From a virus (taxonomy: Duplodnaviria > Caudoviricetes), in the IMG/VR virus record IMGVR_UViG_3300014204_000124, positions 32,001 through 96,000 of that record: 64,000 nucleotides of DNA; one strand, written 5' to 3'. Below the pieces are notes generated by a model, which saw only the letters and a list, made by a program, of their open reading frames with translations, was not told where the DNA came from and searched no databases. This document shows positions 35,590-44,806 of this stretch, piece after piece. The stretch's first letter is position 1, and each line of letters opens with the position of its first letter. Made by a program: the position numbers and the translations under genes.

Positions 35590-38167
35590 GGGGCACGTTA
35601 TCGATTTATTCGGTGTTTTGGGGGGACAGAGGGAAGATGAGCGTGAGCGGAATATGGCGAAGTTTGCCATTCCCGTAGAGTCTCCCCGTCCGAAACCTGC
35701 TCCCATGCCTGAGAGGCCGGGGTTTCGGCCCGATGGCGTCTGGATTGAGGGTAACGAGATTGTGGTGAAGGCTGCGTACAATCCTGATTCGCTAGCGCCT
35801 GCGCGAGACATTGTTGGGCGGCGCTGGGATTCGGCTGCGAAAGTGACCCGGTTTCCACTATCTTCGAGGGACGCTGTTCGGGCCTGGGTGACACGCTTTT
35901 GGCCCAAGTTGAGTGTGAAGGCACTTGACACAATCGGGGCCGTAGAGCCGAGGATCGAAGTCAGGGAAAACGGGGCATTTCTGTATATTAAGACGCCTTA
36001 TGCGAAGGCATTTGTGGATGGGATGCACGAGCTTCCAGATTGTGAGTATCAGCGTGACGGGTCGAAGGAATGGAAAGTTCCGAGGGACAGAGTTGCGCAG
36101 CTTGCGCAGCTTGCGGAGCGGGTGTACGGGGCGAAGTCGAAGGTTTTGGAAGCCGTTGTTCGGGAGAGTCAAGAGAAGCTGGCTCTGGCCACGGCAGTCA
36201 AGGCAAGCGAGACGATTGAACTGCCCGGCGGGACACTATTTCCATTCCAGGTTGCCGGAGTACAGTTCATAGAAAAGAACAAGTACGCTCTTATAGCGGA
36301 TGAAATGGGCTGCATTGACGGAGACGCTGTAATCAGTTATAGCCGTGCCAGCGTAACTCGCAAATGCACGCTTGCAGAGTTGTATGTGAAGTTCAACCGT
36401 GGCCGTTTCCAAGACGGAATCCCGACTTTTGTGAAGTCTATGTGCGATGGGATTTTGAAGTTGAACCGGGTCGTTTCGGTGCTTGACAAGGGGACTCGCC
36501 CGGTTGTTTTGTTGACACTGGAGAGTGGGAAGACGTTGCGACTGACTCCCGATCATGAAGTTGCCGTGTCTCTCACGGAATTTGCAAGAGTGGACTCGTT
36601 GTCCCCAGGGGACATTGTCTTGACAAAACTCAAAGAAGGCAAGTTCGTTGACAGGGAAGGGGGCACGGCGGGAACTGGGGGCAAGATTGTTTTTATACCG
36701 AAAGAAGATCGTGTTGTTTCAGTCCGAGACGACGGTGTCGCCCATGTTTACGATATCGTGATGGCAGATCCGTACAGAAATTTCGTTGCCGGGGGAGTTG
36801 TCGTTCACAATTGCGGGAAAACGGTCCAGTCAATCGCATACATGTACAGGAATCCCCAGAGTCTTCCGGCGATTGTCGTGTGTCCTGCTAGTGTGAAGGA
36901 AAACTGGAGGCGTGAGATTGAGCATTGGGGTGGAGGCAAGTTGAGTGTGGCGATTGCGGTGCCGAAGAGTTTGGATGGGCAACTTGCAATGAATCCGCCG
37001 AACGTCTTGATCATCAACTACGATCAACTTGGGAAGCTAGTTCTTGAAGACGAGGACATTGTCACGGGGAAGTCAAAACTTTCGGTGCGGCCCAGCGTGT
37101 TGAGGTGGGGGCCGAAGCTAGTCGTGTTCGACGAGGCTCATTATCTCAAGAATTCGAAAGCGAAGCGGAGCAAGGCAGCGGGTGCTATTGCCGAGTTGAC
37201 GGGGCGTCGGGTGATTGAGCTGACAGGGACTCCGGTATTGAATAGGCCGGAAGAATTGTGGCATTTGCTTCACTTGATAGACCCGGAAGCGTGGGGAAGC
37301 GAGAGCAAGTTCAAGTACCGATATTGCGACTGGGAAAAGGCTTGGCACGGTCACGCCGTACGCGTGGGGGCGCAGCGCCTGGACGAGTTGCACAGTCGGG
37401 TGACGGGGCATTACATGGTCCGGCGCTTGAAGAAGGATGTGCTGAAGGAATTGCCAGACAAGATTCGTTCCTGCGTTCCGTTGTGTCTGGAGCCAGCGTT
37501 TGTCGCGGCGTATCGGAAATTGTTTGACAAAACGGCAGCGAAGATCCTTTCGGAGACGGGCGGGCACTTCTCTGCACAGAACTTGGCAGTGGTGAAGGCC
37601 GCTGTAAACACGTTGCGGCAGGAAATTGGGTTGTTGAAAGCCCCCCTCGCGGCAGCGTGGGTTCAAGAGGCTTTGGAGAGCACGGACAAGGTTGTGATTT
37701 TCTCATATCATCATGCGGTGACGGACAAGATCGTCGAGGTGTTGTTGCAGGCCGGGGTGACTGTAGCGAGGATGGACGGGCGCGATTCGTTGGAGAGCAG
37801 ACAGATTGCTGTTGATGCGTTCCAGAACGGGAAATTACAGGTTTTGGCTTGCGGTATCTTGGCAGCGGGTGTTGGCCTGAATCTTACGGCTGCGGATCAA
37901 GTGGTGTTTGCCGAGCGTGCCTGGAGACCGGCGGACCACGAACAAGCGGAAGATCGACTTCACAGAATCGGGCAGAAACGGTGTGTGAATGTGTGGTTTT
38001 TGGATGCCGAGGGGACGATAGACGAGGATGTTCGGGACTTACAGCGCGTGAAGCGAGAGGCTATTTCGCAAACGATAGATGGCGGTGATTCGAGCCATGG
38101 GATGGAAGAGTCACTGGCTGTTCAAGTAGCGTTGCGCATGTTGCGCAGATTCCAAGAGAAGGGGTGA
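35588..38167 (+). CDS. SNF2-family helicase with N-terminal HARP-like domains and an intein
   Basis: ADEMG[intein]CGKT, VCPAS, INYD, DEAH, LTGTP..N, RRLK, G.GLNLT, QAEDR.HRIGQ. Confidence 0.92.
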   Translation: MGHVIDLFGVLGGQREDERERNMAKFAIPVESPRPKPAPMPERPGFRPDGVWIEGNEIVVKAAYNPDSLAPARDIVGRRWDSAAKVTRFPLSSRDAVRAWVTRFWPKLSVKALDTIGAVEPRIEVRENGAFLYIKTPYAKAFVDGMHELPDCEYQRDGSKEWKVPRDRVAQLAQLAERVYGAKSKVLEAVVRESQEKLALATAVKASETIELPGGTLFPFQVAGVQFIEKNKYALIADEMGCIDGDAVISYSRASVTRKCTLAELYVKFNRGRFQDGIPTFVKSMCDGILKLNRVVSVLDKGTRPVVLLTLESGKTLRLTPDHEVAVSLTEFARVDSLSPGDIVLTKLKEGKFVDREGGTAGTGGKIVFIPKEDRVVSVRDDGVAHVYDIVMADPYRNFVAGGVVVHNCGKTVQSIAYMYRNPQSLPAIVVCPASVKENWRREIEHWGGGKLSVAIAVPKSLDGQLAMNPPNVLIINYDQLGKLVLEDEDIVTGKSKLSVRPSVLRWGPKLVVFDEAHYLKNSKAKRSKAAGAIAELTGRRVIELTGTPVLNRPEELWHLLHLIDPEAWGSESKFKYRYCDWEKAWHGHAVRVGAQRLDELHSRVTGHYMVRRLKKDVLKELPDKIRSCVPLCLEPAFVAAYRKLFDKTAAKILSETGGHFSAQNLAVVKAAVNTLRQEIGLLKAPLAAAWVQEALESTDKVVIFSYHHAVTDKIVEVLLQAGVTVARMDGRDSLESRQIAVDAFQNGKLQVLACGILAAGVGLNLTAADQVVFAERAWRPADHEQAEDRLHRIGQKRCVNVWFLDAEGTIDEDVRDLQRVKREAISQTIDGGDSSHGMEESLAVQVALRMLRRFQEKG
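36311..36811 (+). mobile_element. Mini-intein (167 aa) in Walker A of the SNF2 helicase
   Basis: C1 CIDGDA; block B LRLTPDH; block F VYDI; C-terminal VVVHN followed by Cys+1; no LAGLIDADG. Confidence 0.9.
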
Positions 38168-38170
38168 GAT

Positions 38171-38614
38171 ATGGCGAAGAACCGGGTTGAATTGATCGGT
38201 CGTTTGGGTGCAGATCCAGAGTTGAAGTGTACGACGAGCGGGATTCCTGTGGCAAGGTTGAGTGTTGCCACGACTGAGTATTCCGGTGTTGGGGAGAACC
38301 GAAAGGAGACCACGGAGTGGCACTCGGTTGTCGTATGGAGGGAGAAGGCAGAGTGGTGTGGGAACGAGATGCGCAAAGGCGACGAAGTTGCGATTGAGGG
38401 CAAGTTGGCGAGCCGGAGTTACGAGAACCGGGACAAGGTCAAGGTCAAGGTGACTGAGGTTGTGGCGTCGGAAGTGTATCGGGTGAAGAGCCCGGTGAAG
38501 AGTTCTCAGCGTGACCAGCGGAGTTCTGGCAAGCCGAGCGACGTGGTGACCGATCTTAGGACGGGCAGGGAACCTAAGCCGAGCGAAGAGAAGGATGATT
38601 TTCCGTGGTTATAA
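38171..38614 (+). CDS. ssb: Single-stranded DNA-binding protein, bacterial type
   Basis: NRVELIGRLG.DPE, TEWH.VV.W, KGD.V.IEG.L; acidic tail DDFPWL. Confidence 0.93.
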   Translation: MAKNRVELIGRLGADPELKCTTSGIPVARLSVATTEYSGVGENRKETTEWHSVVVWREKAEWCGNEMRKGDEVAIEGKLASRSYENRDKVKVKVTEVVASEVYRVKSPVKSSQRDQRSSGKPSDVVTDLRTGREPKPSEEKDDFPWL

Positions 38615-38637
38615 TAGGTGTTACACAGGAGGAGAAC

Positions 38638-39939
38638 ATGACAGAGCAGGAATTGAAGTCGAGGTCGTTTCAGTTTGGGCATGAGGCATTGCAGGAGCTT
38701 GCGGGCGTCTTTGCCCGAAAGGGCGTAGGTCTGCCGGGAAAGGTTCTGGAGGAGGCCCACGCCCTGTTCCGTAGCATGTACGAGCATGGCTACGAGGCAC
38801 GTCGGCAGGAGATTGGTGGGGCGTTGGGGTCCGCTGGCATTGCCGATATATGCCGCCGGGCAGACGAGTACCTGCATGGTGTAAAGCAATTGACGACCTT
38901 TGTTTGTGACGGTGTCGAATACGTGAACTTCGGGAGGGTATGCGAAGCTGTCAGGACGGCTTTCAGGGACGGTGTCCTCGCTGCTGGTGAAAGCGGGCTC
39001 GATTCTCCGAAGGGCATGAACATGACCCTTTCGCAAGAGTATGTCTTGCGGAAGGACCATGCCGATTTGACGAGAAAAGTGGGTGAGGTCCGCGAAGAGA
39101 ATGACCTTCTGAAGCAGGAGAATTCCCGGCTGAAGGACCGGCTGAATGCTATCGGAACGGCATCGAAGCCATTCACTTTTATCCCGAGCTACGTCGACAC
39201 CCCCGCGTTCAGCCCGTTGTACGGGGCGGCCAAAGAGCTTGACATGCTCAAAAAAGAGAACGCTGGCTTGAAGAAGATGATTGACGAGATTGTGGCTTCG
39301 CTTGACAAGCTGCGTGACTCCGACTTTACGTTCACTATGCCCCCCGTGGAGTTCGCCGAGCGACTTGTCGAGCTTACGCTGTGCAAGATAGGTGGTCTCA
39401 AGGGTCGTGTTGATGAACTTCGTGGCGGCATTGACGGCTTATGGGGAAAGAACAAGGGGCTCATACGGGACCACGATAGGGTGTTCGCCACTGCGGTCAA
39501 CACCCTTCCAGGTCTCTCTGTCCATGGGAGTGAGACAGACTATGTTGTAGCTGCAATCAGGCAACTCGCTGCGATGAACGCTACGCTTAGTCAGCATCTC
39601 AAGGAGGCCAGAGACCAACGACGGGACGAATGCTCCGAGAGCAATGGGCACAGGAAGGTGGAAGATCGCACCCGGATTCTGGACGATGTGATGGGTATTC
39701 TGGGTTGTACCGGATGTCTGTACACCTCTGCGCCTGCTATGGCGAGAGCGAGGATTGAAAAGTTGCAGCAGGAGGCAGTGGCTCCGGTGTTGCAAGAAGT
39801 GAGAAATGCGGTGATCCCGTTTTCCACGCCGGATGAAGAGAAGGTGCTCAATAACGAGCCACTCACCTTGCTGAAGCTCGTTCTCGACCGTATGAAAGCC
39901 AAAGCCAAGGCGGAACGTTTGCAGAAGGCAAAGAAGTAG
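38638..39939 (+). CDS. Coiled-coil hypothetical protein
   Basis: AGGAGGAG RBS; heptad-like segments. Confidence 0.7.
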   Translation: MTEQELKSRSFQFGHEALQELAGVFARKGVGLPGKVLEEAHALFRSMYEHGYEARRQEIGGALGSAGIADICRRADEYLHGVKQLTTFVCDGVEYVNFGRVCEAVRTAFRDGVLAAGESGLDSPKGMNMTLSQEYVLRKDHADLTRKVGEVREENDLLKQENSRLKDRLNAIGTASKPFTFIPSYVDTPAFSPLYGAAKELDMLKKENAGLKKMIDEIVASLDKLRDSDFTFTMPPVEFAERLVELTLCKIGGLKGRVDELRGGIDGLWGKNKGLIRDHDRVFATAVNTLPGLSVHGSETDYVVAAIRQLAAMNATLSQHLKEARDQRRDECSESNGHRKVEDRTRILDDVMGILGCTGCLYTSAPAMARARIEKLQQEAVAPVLQEVRNAVIPFSTPDEEKVLNNEPLTLLKLVLDRMKAKAKAERLQKAKK

Positions 39940-40021
39940 TCTCGTGCGTGCGTGATTCCTGTTCTGCTAGGCCCTGTTCTGGGGATTCGCTAGGGGTCTG
40001 AAAAAACTTTCAATTTTCCGC

Positions 40022-40086
40022 TTGACTTCTCCGGTGAGTCGATTATGCTGTAAGGGAGTTGGCGAGTTGCTGGCTCGTTTGACAGC
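40022..40086 (+). promoter_or_regulatory. Repeated promoter-hairpin-TGACAGC element, copy 7
   Basis: TTGACT-N16-TATGCTGTAAG (spacer nearly identical to copy 1); GAGTTGGC/GCTGGCTC stem with G-U pairs; TTGACAGC. Confidence 0.85.
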
Positions 40087-40101
40087 CCAAAGGAGATTCA
40101 A

Positions 40102-40662
40102 ATGGAAAAGAGTTTTGACGTTGTTGCTTCCGGGTTCGAGCTTTCTCAGGCTTTGATGACGGCAGACATTTCTGGCCAGTCTACCGAGACGGCTTCCCAG
40201 GTTTACGGGATTCTGAATGTGATTGGCAAGGCGGTTGCCCATCGCCTGGACAGTCTCAAGGATCTTCTCAGGGAGAAGGTCAGTGGTGATCCCGATTCAA
40301 AGAATTCCACGGACAAAACTAAGGAGTTCGTGTTTGACGGCGGCTCTGCGACAGTGACTCAACCGGAGACTCCGGCCCCATCCCTTGACAGGATGAAGCT
40401 GGCGGAGATCCTGCTGGCCGAAGGGCTAAAGAAGGGTGAATTGTTCGATCGGAAAGTGGAGACGGTCTGGGTGCTGAACGGCGAGAAGCTCGACCAGCTT
40501 TTGGCCGCCCAAAAGATCTCGGCGGAGCAGATAGCCAAGGCTACTGTCACGCCCCCCGCCCCCACCGCTCGCCTCACGATCAAGCTCGACAAGGCCGTCG
40601 AAAGAGCGCTGGCACGGCGCTTGATCGGGATGGACTCTATCCCCTCTCCCAAGAAGAAGTAG
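40102..40662 (+). CDS. Hypothetical early protein
   Basis: AAGGAG RBS after the promoter. Confidence 0.7.
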   Translation: MEKSFDVVASGFELSQALMTADISGQSTETASQVYGILNVIGKAVAHRLDSLKDLLREKVSGDPDSKNSTDKTKEFVFDGGSATVTQPETPAPSLDRMKLAEILLAEGLKKGELFDRKVETVWVLNGEKLDQLLAAQKISAEQIAKATVTPPAPTARLTIKLDKAVERALARRLIGMDSIPSPKKK

Positions 40663-40706
40663 TCGGTTTCATGGGCCGGATCTGCCCGGCCCGTCTGAGG
40701 TCATCC

Positions 40707-41264
40707 ATGGCAGTCAAGACTCACTTTTTCAATGGAAAGCTCGTGTATCTGGACAAAAAGATGTGTTTCAGTTGCAACGTGAAGTGCTGCCTGCGAATCA
40801 CGGGGATAGCGTTGCCGGACGATTTTCCGACAAAGGACTCGTTGACCGAGGCGTTCAAGACAGGGCGCTGGACGATTGACTACGGCCCGTTGCCGAGGGG
40901 TGGGGAGTCACCCTTCCCCAGAGCCGCGGCAAAGGGTTTCGAGGGTATGGCGGAACATCGTTGGCCGTTCCCTGCGGAGTTGGAATGCACGTTTCTTGGG
41001 GAGAAAGGGTGCGAGTTGAAGCCAGGGGACAGACCCGCCGGATGCCGATATATGATTCCGAGGACAATGCCGTGTCTGGAGCCAGTGACATACGCTGTGG
41101 CAGCGGAGACGTGGCAGTCGAGGGCGGGCGAGTTGATGGAAGCGAGCTTGGGGGTTCCGAAAGTGTTACCGTTGGGTAAGAATCCGACTTCGTTGCCTGC
41201 AAAAAATAAACGTGTGAAGAATGGCGCAATTGATTGCGCCGTCGTGCCGTTTAGGCGGAGTTAA
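40707..41264 (+). CDS. YkgJ/CxxCxxCC-like cysteine-cluster protein
   Basis: CFSCNVKCC...CTFL...GC.L....RP.GC. Confidence 0.7.
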   Translation: MAVKTHFFNGKLVYLDKKMCFSCNVKCCLRITGIALPDDFPTKDSLTEAFKTGRWTIDYGPLPRGGESPFPRAAAKGFEGMAEHRWPFPAELECTFLGEKGCELKPGDRPAGCRYMIPRTMPCLEPVTYAVAAETWQSRAGELMEASLGVPKVLPLGKNPTSLPAKNKRVKNGAIDCAVVPFRRS

Positions 41265-41470
41265 AAACCCCCCAATGCGTGTGCGCGTGTCAATATGTAC
41301 GCGCTTTACAAGTTCCCCCCCCTGTTTTGTTCTACTCTACGATCCTACGGATCTCCGAGCCGAAAAAACAGAGAGAGACTAGCGCGCGTACGCGAGGCTT
41401 TTTAGCACAGTCTTAGGCCAAGGCAAAAACAAGCGGCCTTTTCACAGGAGAGGGGAAGTCTTCATTTCTC
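41265..41470. other. Non-coding region with nested inverted repeats
   Basis: C/A-rich, against the local G skew; GTACGCGCT..CTGTTTTGTTC..GATCC/GGATC..GAAAAAACAG..AGCGCGCGTAC. Confidence 0.5.
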
Positions 41471-41550
41471 TTCAATGTCAAAACAAAAACGGTTGGTTTT
41501 TTTGACAGAGGGTTGGAACGTGGTAAAACGAGATCTAACGGAGGTTGAAT

Positions 41551-41799
41551 ATGCGGTGCGAATTATGCGGAGTGGAGAAGAGCGACAGGGAGCGGTATTG
41601 TCATCCATGCTGGGAATTGAAGTATTTTGTGGAGGGGAAGCCTGGATTAGCCGGGAAGGTTTTGTGGGGGATAGTAGTGAAGCGGGTGGTCGCCTTGTAT
41701 GATGCTGGGCGTGGGAGTGTTGCAGGAAGGGTTTTGGGGTGGTTTTGTGCGATGGCGGTAGTTTTTGCCACCGTCGTAGTCATGCTGGTTTTGGCTTGA
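41551..41799 (+). CDS. Zn-finger membrane protein
   Basis: GGAGG RBS; CELC..CHPC; C-terminal TM; promoter TTGACA-N16-TAAAAC at 41502-41529. Confidence 0.6.
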   Translation: MRCELCGVEKSDRERYCHPCWELKYFVEGKPGLAGKVLWGIVVKRVVALYDAGRGSVAGRVLGWFCAMAVVFATVVVMLVLA

Positions 41800-41849
41800 C
41801 AGGTCGTCATCCCCCCATTATGCTTCAAAGGGTTGGAACGGAGTGGGGA

Positions 41850-42743
41850 ATGGCAGAGTTGGAATTGTACGTTGCAGAGAAAGATCATCCGTTGCCGGTT
41901 CCAGAGCGAACAGAGGGTCGAATCATCGGGCTACTGTCAGAGCGATACGAGGGGCCGGAGTGGGAGTTCATCCCGCACTTTCACAGCTTTCGCCACGACA
42001 GAACGGCGGATGCTATAGCTATCAATACGTGGCGCAGCAAGGGATGCCATCGTGTTGGGTTCGAAGTGAAGATTTCCAGGGCAGACTACAAGCATGAGTT
42101 GGAACAACCGGAGAAGCGAAAGTGGTTGGAAGAGTTTTGCCACCAGTTCTACTTTGTGGTTCCCGCAGGTTTGGTGAAAGTGGACGAGGTCCCAGACGGC
42201 TGCGGGTTGATCTACGCTACGGCTGGCGGTCTTCGCCAAGCGAAGTTGGCGAGACAGCGGAAGGTCGAGAGCGTATCGAATCCGATGCTGGCTGCGGTTG
42301 CGCGGTCTGTAGGTAAACGCGCTGCGATGGGGAACTGGAAAATTTTCAAATACGCTGGCCGGGACCTATCGAGAGACGAGTTGGTTGGGATTCTCATGGA
42401 GAACAAGGACCAGATTTCCGGGAATATCCGAGAGGCGTTCATTGGTGCGGAACTACGCTCCAGAATGAGTGCGGAGAGGGAACAGTTCCAGAAATTCCAG
42501 GATGCGTTGGTCTCTGCCTTCGGGCGGAAGGCGCTGTGGAGTGTTGCGGATTTGGAGAGGATCGCTAAGGATAGGTCGAGCGTGTCTCCGAAGGTCGAGG
42601 AAGAGATTGAGTTGTTGCACCGGCTGGCCAGGGATTCGGCGCAGGGGTTGGCAAATAGTCAGACTGCATTGACCCATATACAGAACAGGACGGTGCAGTT
42701 ATTGGCGCTGATTCAGGAGAAGAAAAGTGAGAATAACGACTGA
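41850..42743 (+). CDS. MmcB-like PD-(D/E)XK nuclease
   Basis: R.ADA.A...W.S...GFEVK.SR.D...EL..PEK...C..FYFV.P; promoter TTGACA-N17-TATGCT at 41796-41824. Confidence 0.75.
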   Translation: MAELELYVAEKDHPLPVPERTEGRIIGLLSERYEGPEWEFIPHFHSFRHDRTADAIAINTWRSKGCHRVGFEVKISRADYKHELEQPEKRKWLEEFCHQFYFVVPAGLVKVDEVPDGCGLIYATAGGLRQAKLARQRKVESVSNPMLAAVARSVGKRAAMGNWKIFKYAGRDLSRDELVGILMENKDQISGNIREAFIGAELRSRMSAEREQFQKFQDALVSAFGRKALWSVADLERIAKDRSSVSPKVEEEIELLHRLARDSAQGLANSQTALTHIQNRTVQLLALIQEKKSENND

Positions 42744-43182
42744 TAACAAGTTGATAAGTGAGGGGCACGATCCGGTGGCTGCCATGGAGTTGCGAGCGAC
42801 TGGGCTGCTTGGTCGCATCAATAGGATGCTGGCCGATGCTGAGCTTGCGATAGTGTTTGTTTATGGTGAGGGAGTTTCTCCCACAACATCAGGTCCGATG
42901 GAGGTTCGGATAGAGAAGGTTCGCAAGGCATCGGCAGTTACCAATGAGGTAATCGATTTGGGCATAGGTGTTGTTGCCAGTATTCCGACTGCCCACCCAG
43001 ACGTGAACACGGAGTGGGGTGTTGTTGGGGACGATGGTATGATTCCGATTCCGAGGGGGTTTGTGGTTTTGAGCAAGGAGGAAGTTGCAGGAGAAGTTCT
43101 CTGTATTTTGGGGCAGATTGGGGGTCAAGGTAAGAAGTATAGTGTGCCTGATTCCGATCTTTCATTGGTTAAGTTTATTTAG
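42727..43182 (+). CDS. Hypothetical protein
   Basis: AGGAG RBS. Confidence 0.6.
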   Translation: MRITTDNKLISEGHDPVAAMELRATGLLGRINRMLADAELAIVFVYGEGVSPTTSGPMEVRIEKVRKASAVTNEVIDLGIGVVASIPTAHPDVNTEWGVVGDDGMIPIPRGFVVLSKEEVAGEVLCILGQIGGQGKKYSVPDSDLSLVKFI

Positions 43183-43191
43183 GGGGATATA

Positions 43192-43509
43192 ATGCCTGTA
43201 GCGATGGAACTTCCATTTGGATTTGAGCCGATGCACGATTGGGTTGTATTGCGACCTATTGAAGATCCGACATCGGAGACGGGGCGTTTGGTCACGATAG
43301 ATAGGGGGAAGGGATTGGCCTATCTATGGGGGGAGGTTCTCCAGGTAGGAGAGGGTAGCATGTATTTTGGGGGCAAGATCGTTCCTTTGGACGTGAAGAT
43401 TGGCGACAAGGTTATGTTTGGCCATGCAGCGGCTGTTTCTATTCAGCGAGATGGCGAACTTCTGTATATCGTTCAGGAGACTTACATCGTGCAGGTTTTC
43501 GAATCTTAG
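43192..43509 (+). CDS. groES: GroES/Cpn10 co-chaperonin
   Basis: P.HD.VV..P, GEVLQVG.G, P.DVK.GDKV.F, I..DGE...IV.E..I. Confidence 0.85.
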   Translation: MPVAMELPFGFEPMHDWVVLRPIEDPTSETGRLVTIDRGKGLAYLWGEVLQVGEGSMYFGGKIVPLDVKIGDKVMFGHAAAVSIQRDGELLYIVQETYIVQVFES

Positions 43510-43529
43510 TTTTCCCCGAAAATAAACCC

Positions 43530-43640
43530 TTGACTTCTTTGGCCGCTGGATTATGCTGTAAGCGTCCAGTTGGAACTGGGCAGCTTACGGGAGCAACCCC
43601 GACGAGGCTAACTGGGGCCTAAACCAGATTTGGAGGAGAA
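43530..43640 (+). promoter_or_regulatory. Repeated promoter element, copy 8, with extended multi-hairpin leader
   Basis: TTGACT-N16-TATGCTGTAAGC; GTCCAGT-TGGA-ACTGGGC; GCTTACGG complementary to CTGTAAGC; two further hairpins. Confidence 0.8.
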
Positions 43641-43643
43641 ACC

Positions 43644-44696
43644 ATGAGTAGCGGTATACTTGAAAACGATACGATCGCTTGGTGGGGGAAAATGCCCTGG
43701 CACAAGTTAGGGACTCCTATCCCGGAGTTACTTCCCGCTAGGGAGATGATCATCATGGCTGGCTTAGACTGGCAAGTGGAAAAGTGGCCGCTCGTGGCTA
43801 CCGAGAAATTCGGGGCCGGGGCTTCGGACGCTGCGAAGGAAGTCGTGTTGGGCCAGCGTGCCCCGATTATCACGACGCTCCAGAATGAGGTTGCGACGAT
43901 TCGCCGTTTGGGCGATGGAACGGCGTTGGCTCTGGGCGTGGTTGGAAAGGGTTACACGCCCGTCCAGAACGTTGAAGCGTTCGATTTCCTTGACGGGTTG
44001 GCCGAAGAGGGCCGTGTCAAGTTCGAAGTCGCTGGGTCGCTCAACAACGGAGCGAGAGTCTGGGCACTGGCGAAAGTGGGCAGTTTCTCCATTCCGGGGA
44101 CGGAAGACGAGTCGCTGCAATACTTGCTTTTGTGCAACGATCACGCCGGGAAGATGGCTATGCGGGCGTTTTTCACGACAGTTCGTGTTGTGTGCGCAAA
44201 CACGATGAACATTGCGTTGTCGAAGGGCCGTGGCGAAGGCGTTACGATTCGGCACTGCGGGGATGTGCGGGTCAAACTGCAAGAAGCGCAGCGAGTTCTG
44301 GCCGCGTCGAGCGATGTGTTTGTCGACTGGCAGGCGAAGGCAGAGTTGTTGGCCCGCAAGCAGTTGAACGATGCGGTTCTCCAGCAAGTCTGGCTTTCGT
44401 TGATGCCAGATCCGAAACCGAAGAAAGACGACAAGGGCAACGAGATCCCGGTGTCGAATTCGAGGGCGAAGGGTGTGCGGGCCGAACTGACTCGGTTGTT
44501 CGACGAGGGCAAGGGCAACGAACTTCGCGGCGTCAAGGGTACGGCGTGGGCAGCGTTGAACGCGGTGACTGAGTTCATCGATCATGGTCGCAACGAGGCC
44601 GGGGCTCAGGACAAGAGATTAGCGTCAGCATGGTTTGGGCAAGGTGCTCAGATCAAACAGGACGCTGCTGATTTCCTCTTCCAGGCTGCTGTGTAG
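43644..44696 (+). CDS. DUF932 (phage/plasmid TIGR03299-like) protein
   Basis: PWH.LG, AGLDW.V, LG.VG..Y.P.QN.EAF, AGSL..G..VW, VRVVCANT, GTAWAA.NAVTE..DH. Confidence 0.9.
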   Translation: MSSGILENDTIAWWGKMPWHKLGTPIPELLPAREMIIMAGLDWQVEKWPLVATEKFGAGASDAAKEVVLGQRAPIITTLQNEVATIRRLGDGTALALGVVGKGYTPVQNVEAFDFLDGLAEEGRVKFEVAGSLNNGARVWALAKVGSFSIPGTEDESLQYLLLCNDHAGKMAMRAFFTTVRVVCANTMNIALSKGRGEGVTIRHCGDVRVKLQEAQRVLAASSDVFVDWQAKAELLARKQLNDAVLQQVWLSLMPDPKPKKDDKGNEIPVSNSRAKGVRAELTRLFDEGKGNELRGVKGTAWAALNAVTEFIDHGRNEAGAQDKRLASAWFGQGAQIKQDAADFLFQAAV

Positions 44697-44720
44697 CATC
44701 CTGGTGGCTGTCAGTGTTTT

Positions 44721-44758
44721 AGGGGCGTGGACCCGAGAGGGGAAGCGCCTTTTTTTTT
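44721..44758 (+). terminator. Rho-independent terminator
   Basis: GGCG..CCC-GAGA-GGG..CGCC followed by T9. Confidence 0.8.
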
Positions 44759-44806
44759 GCTTGCGTAACGCGGCGAGGCCCGTTATAGTACAACACGGGG
44801 GTTGTT

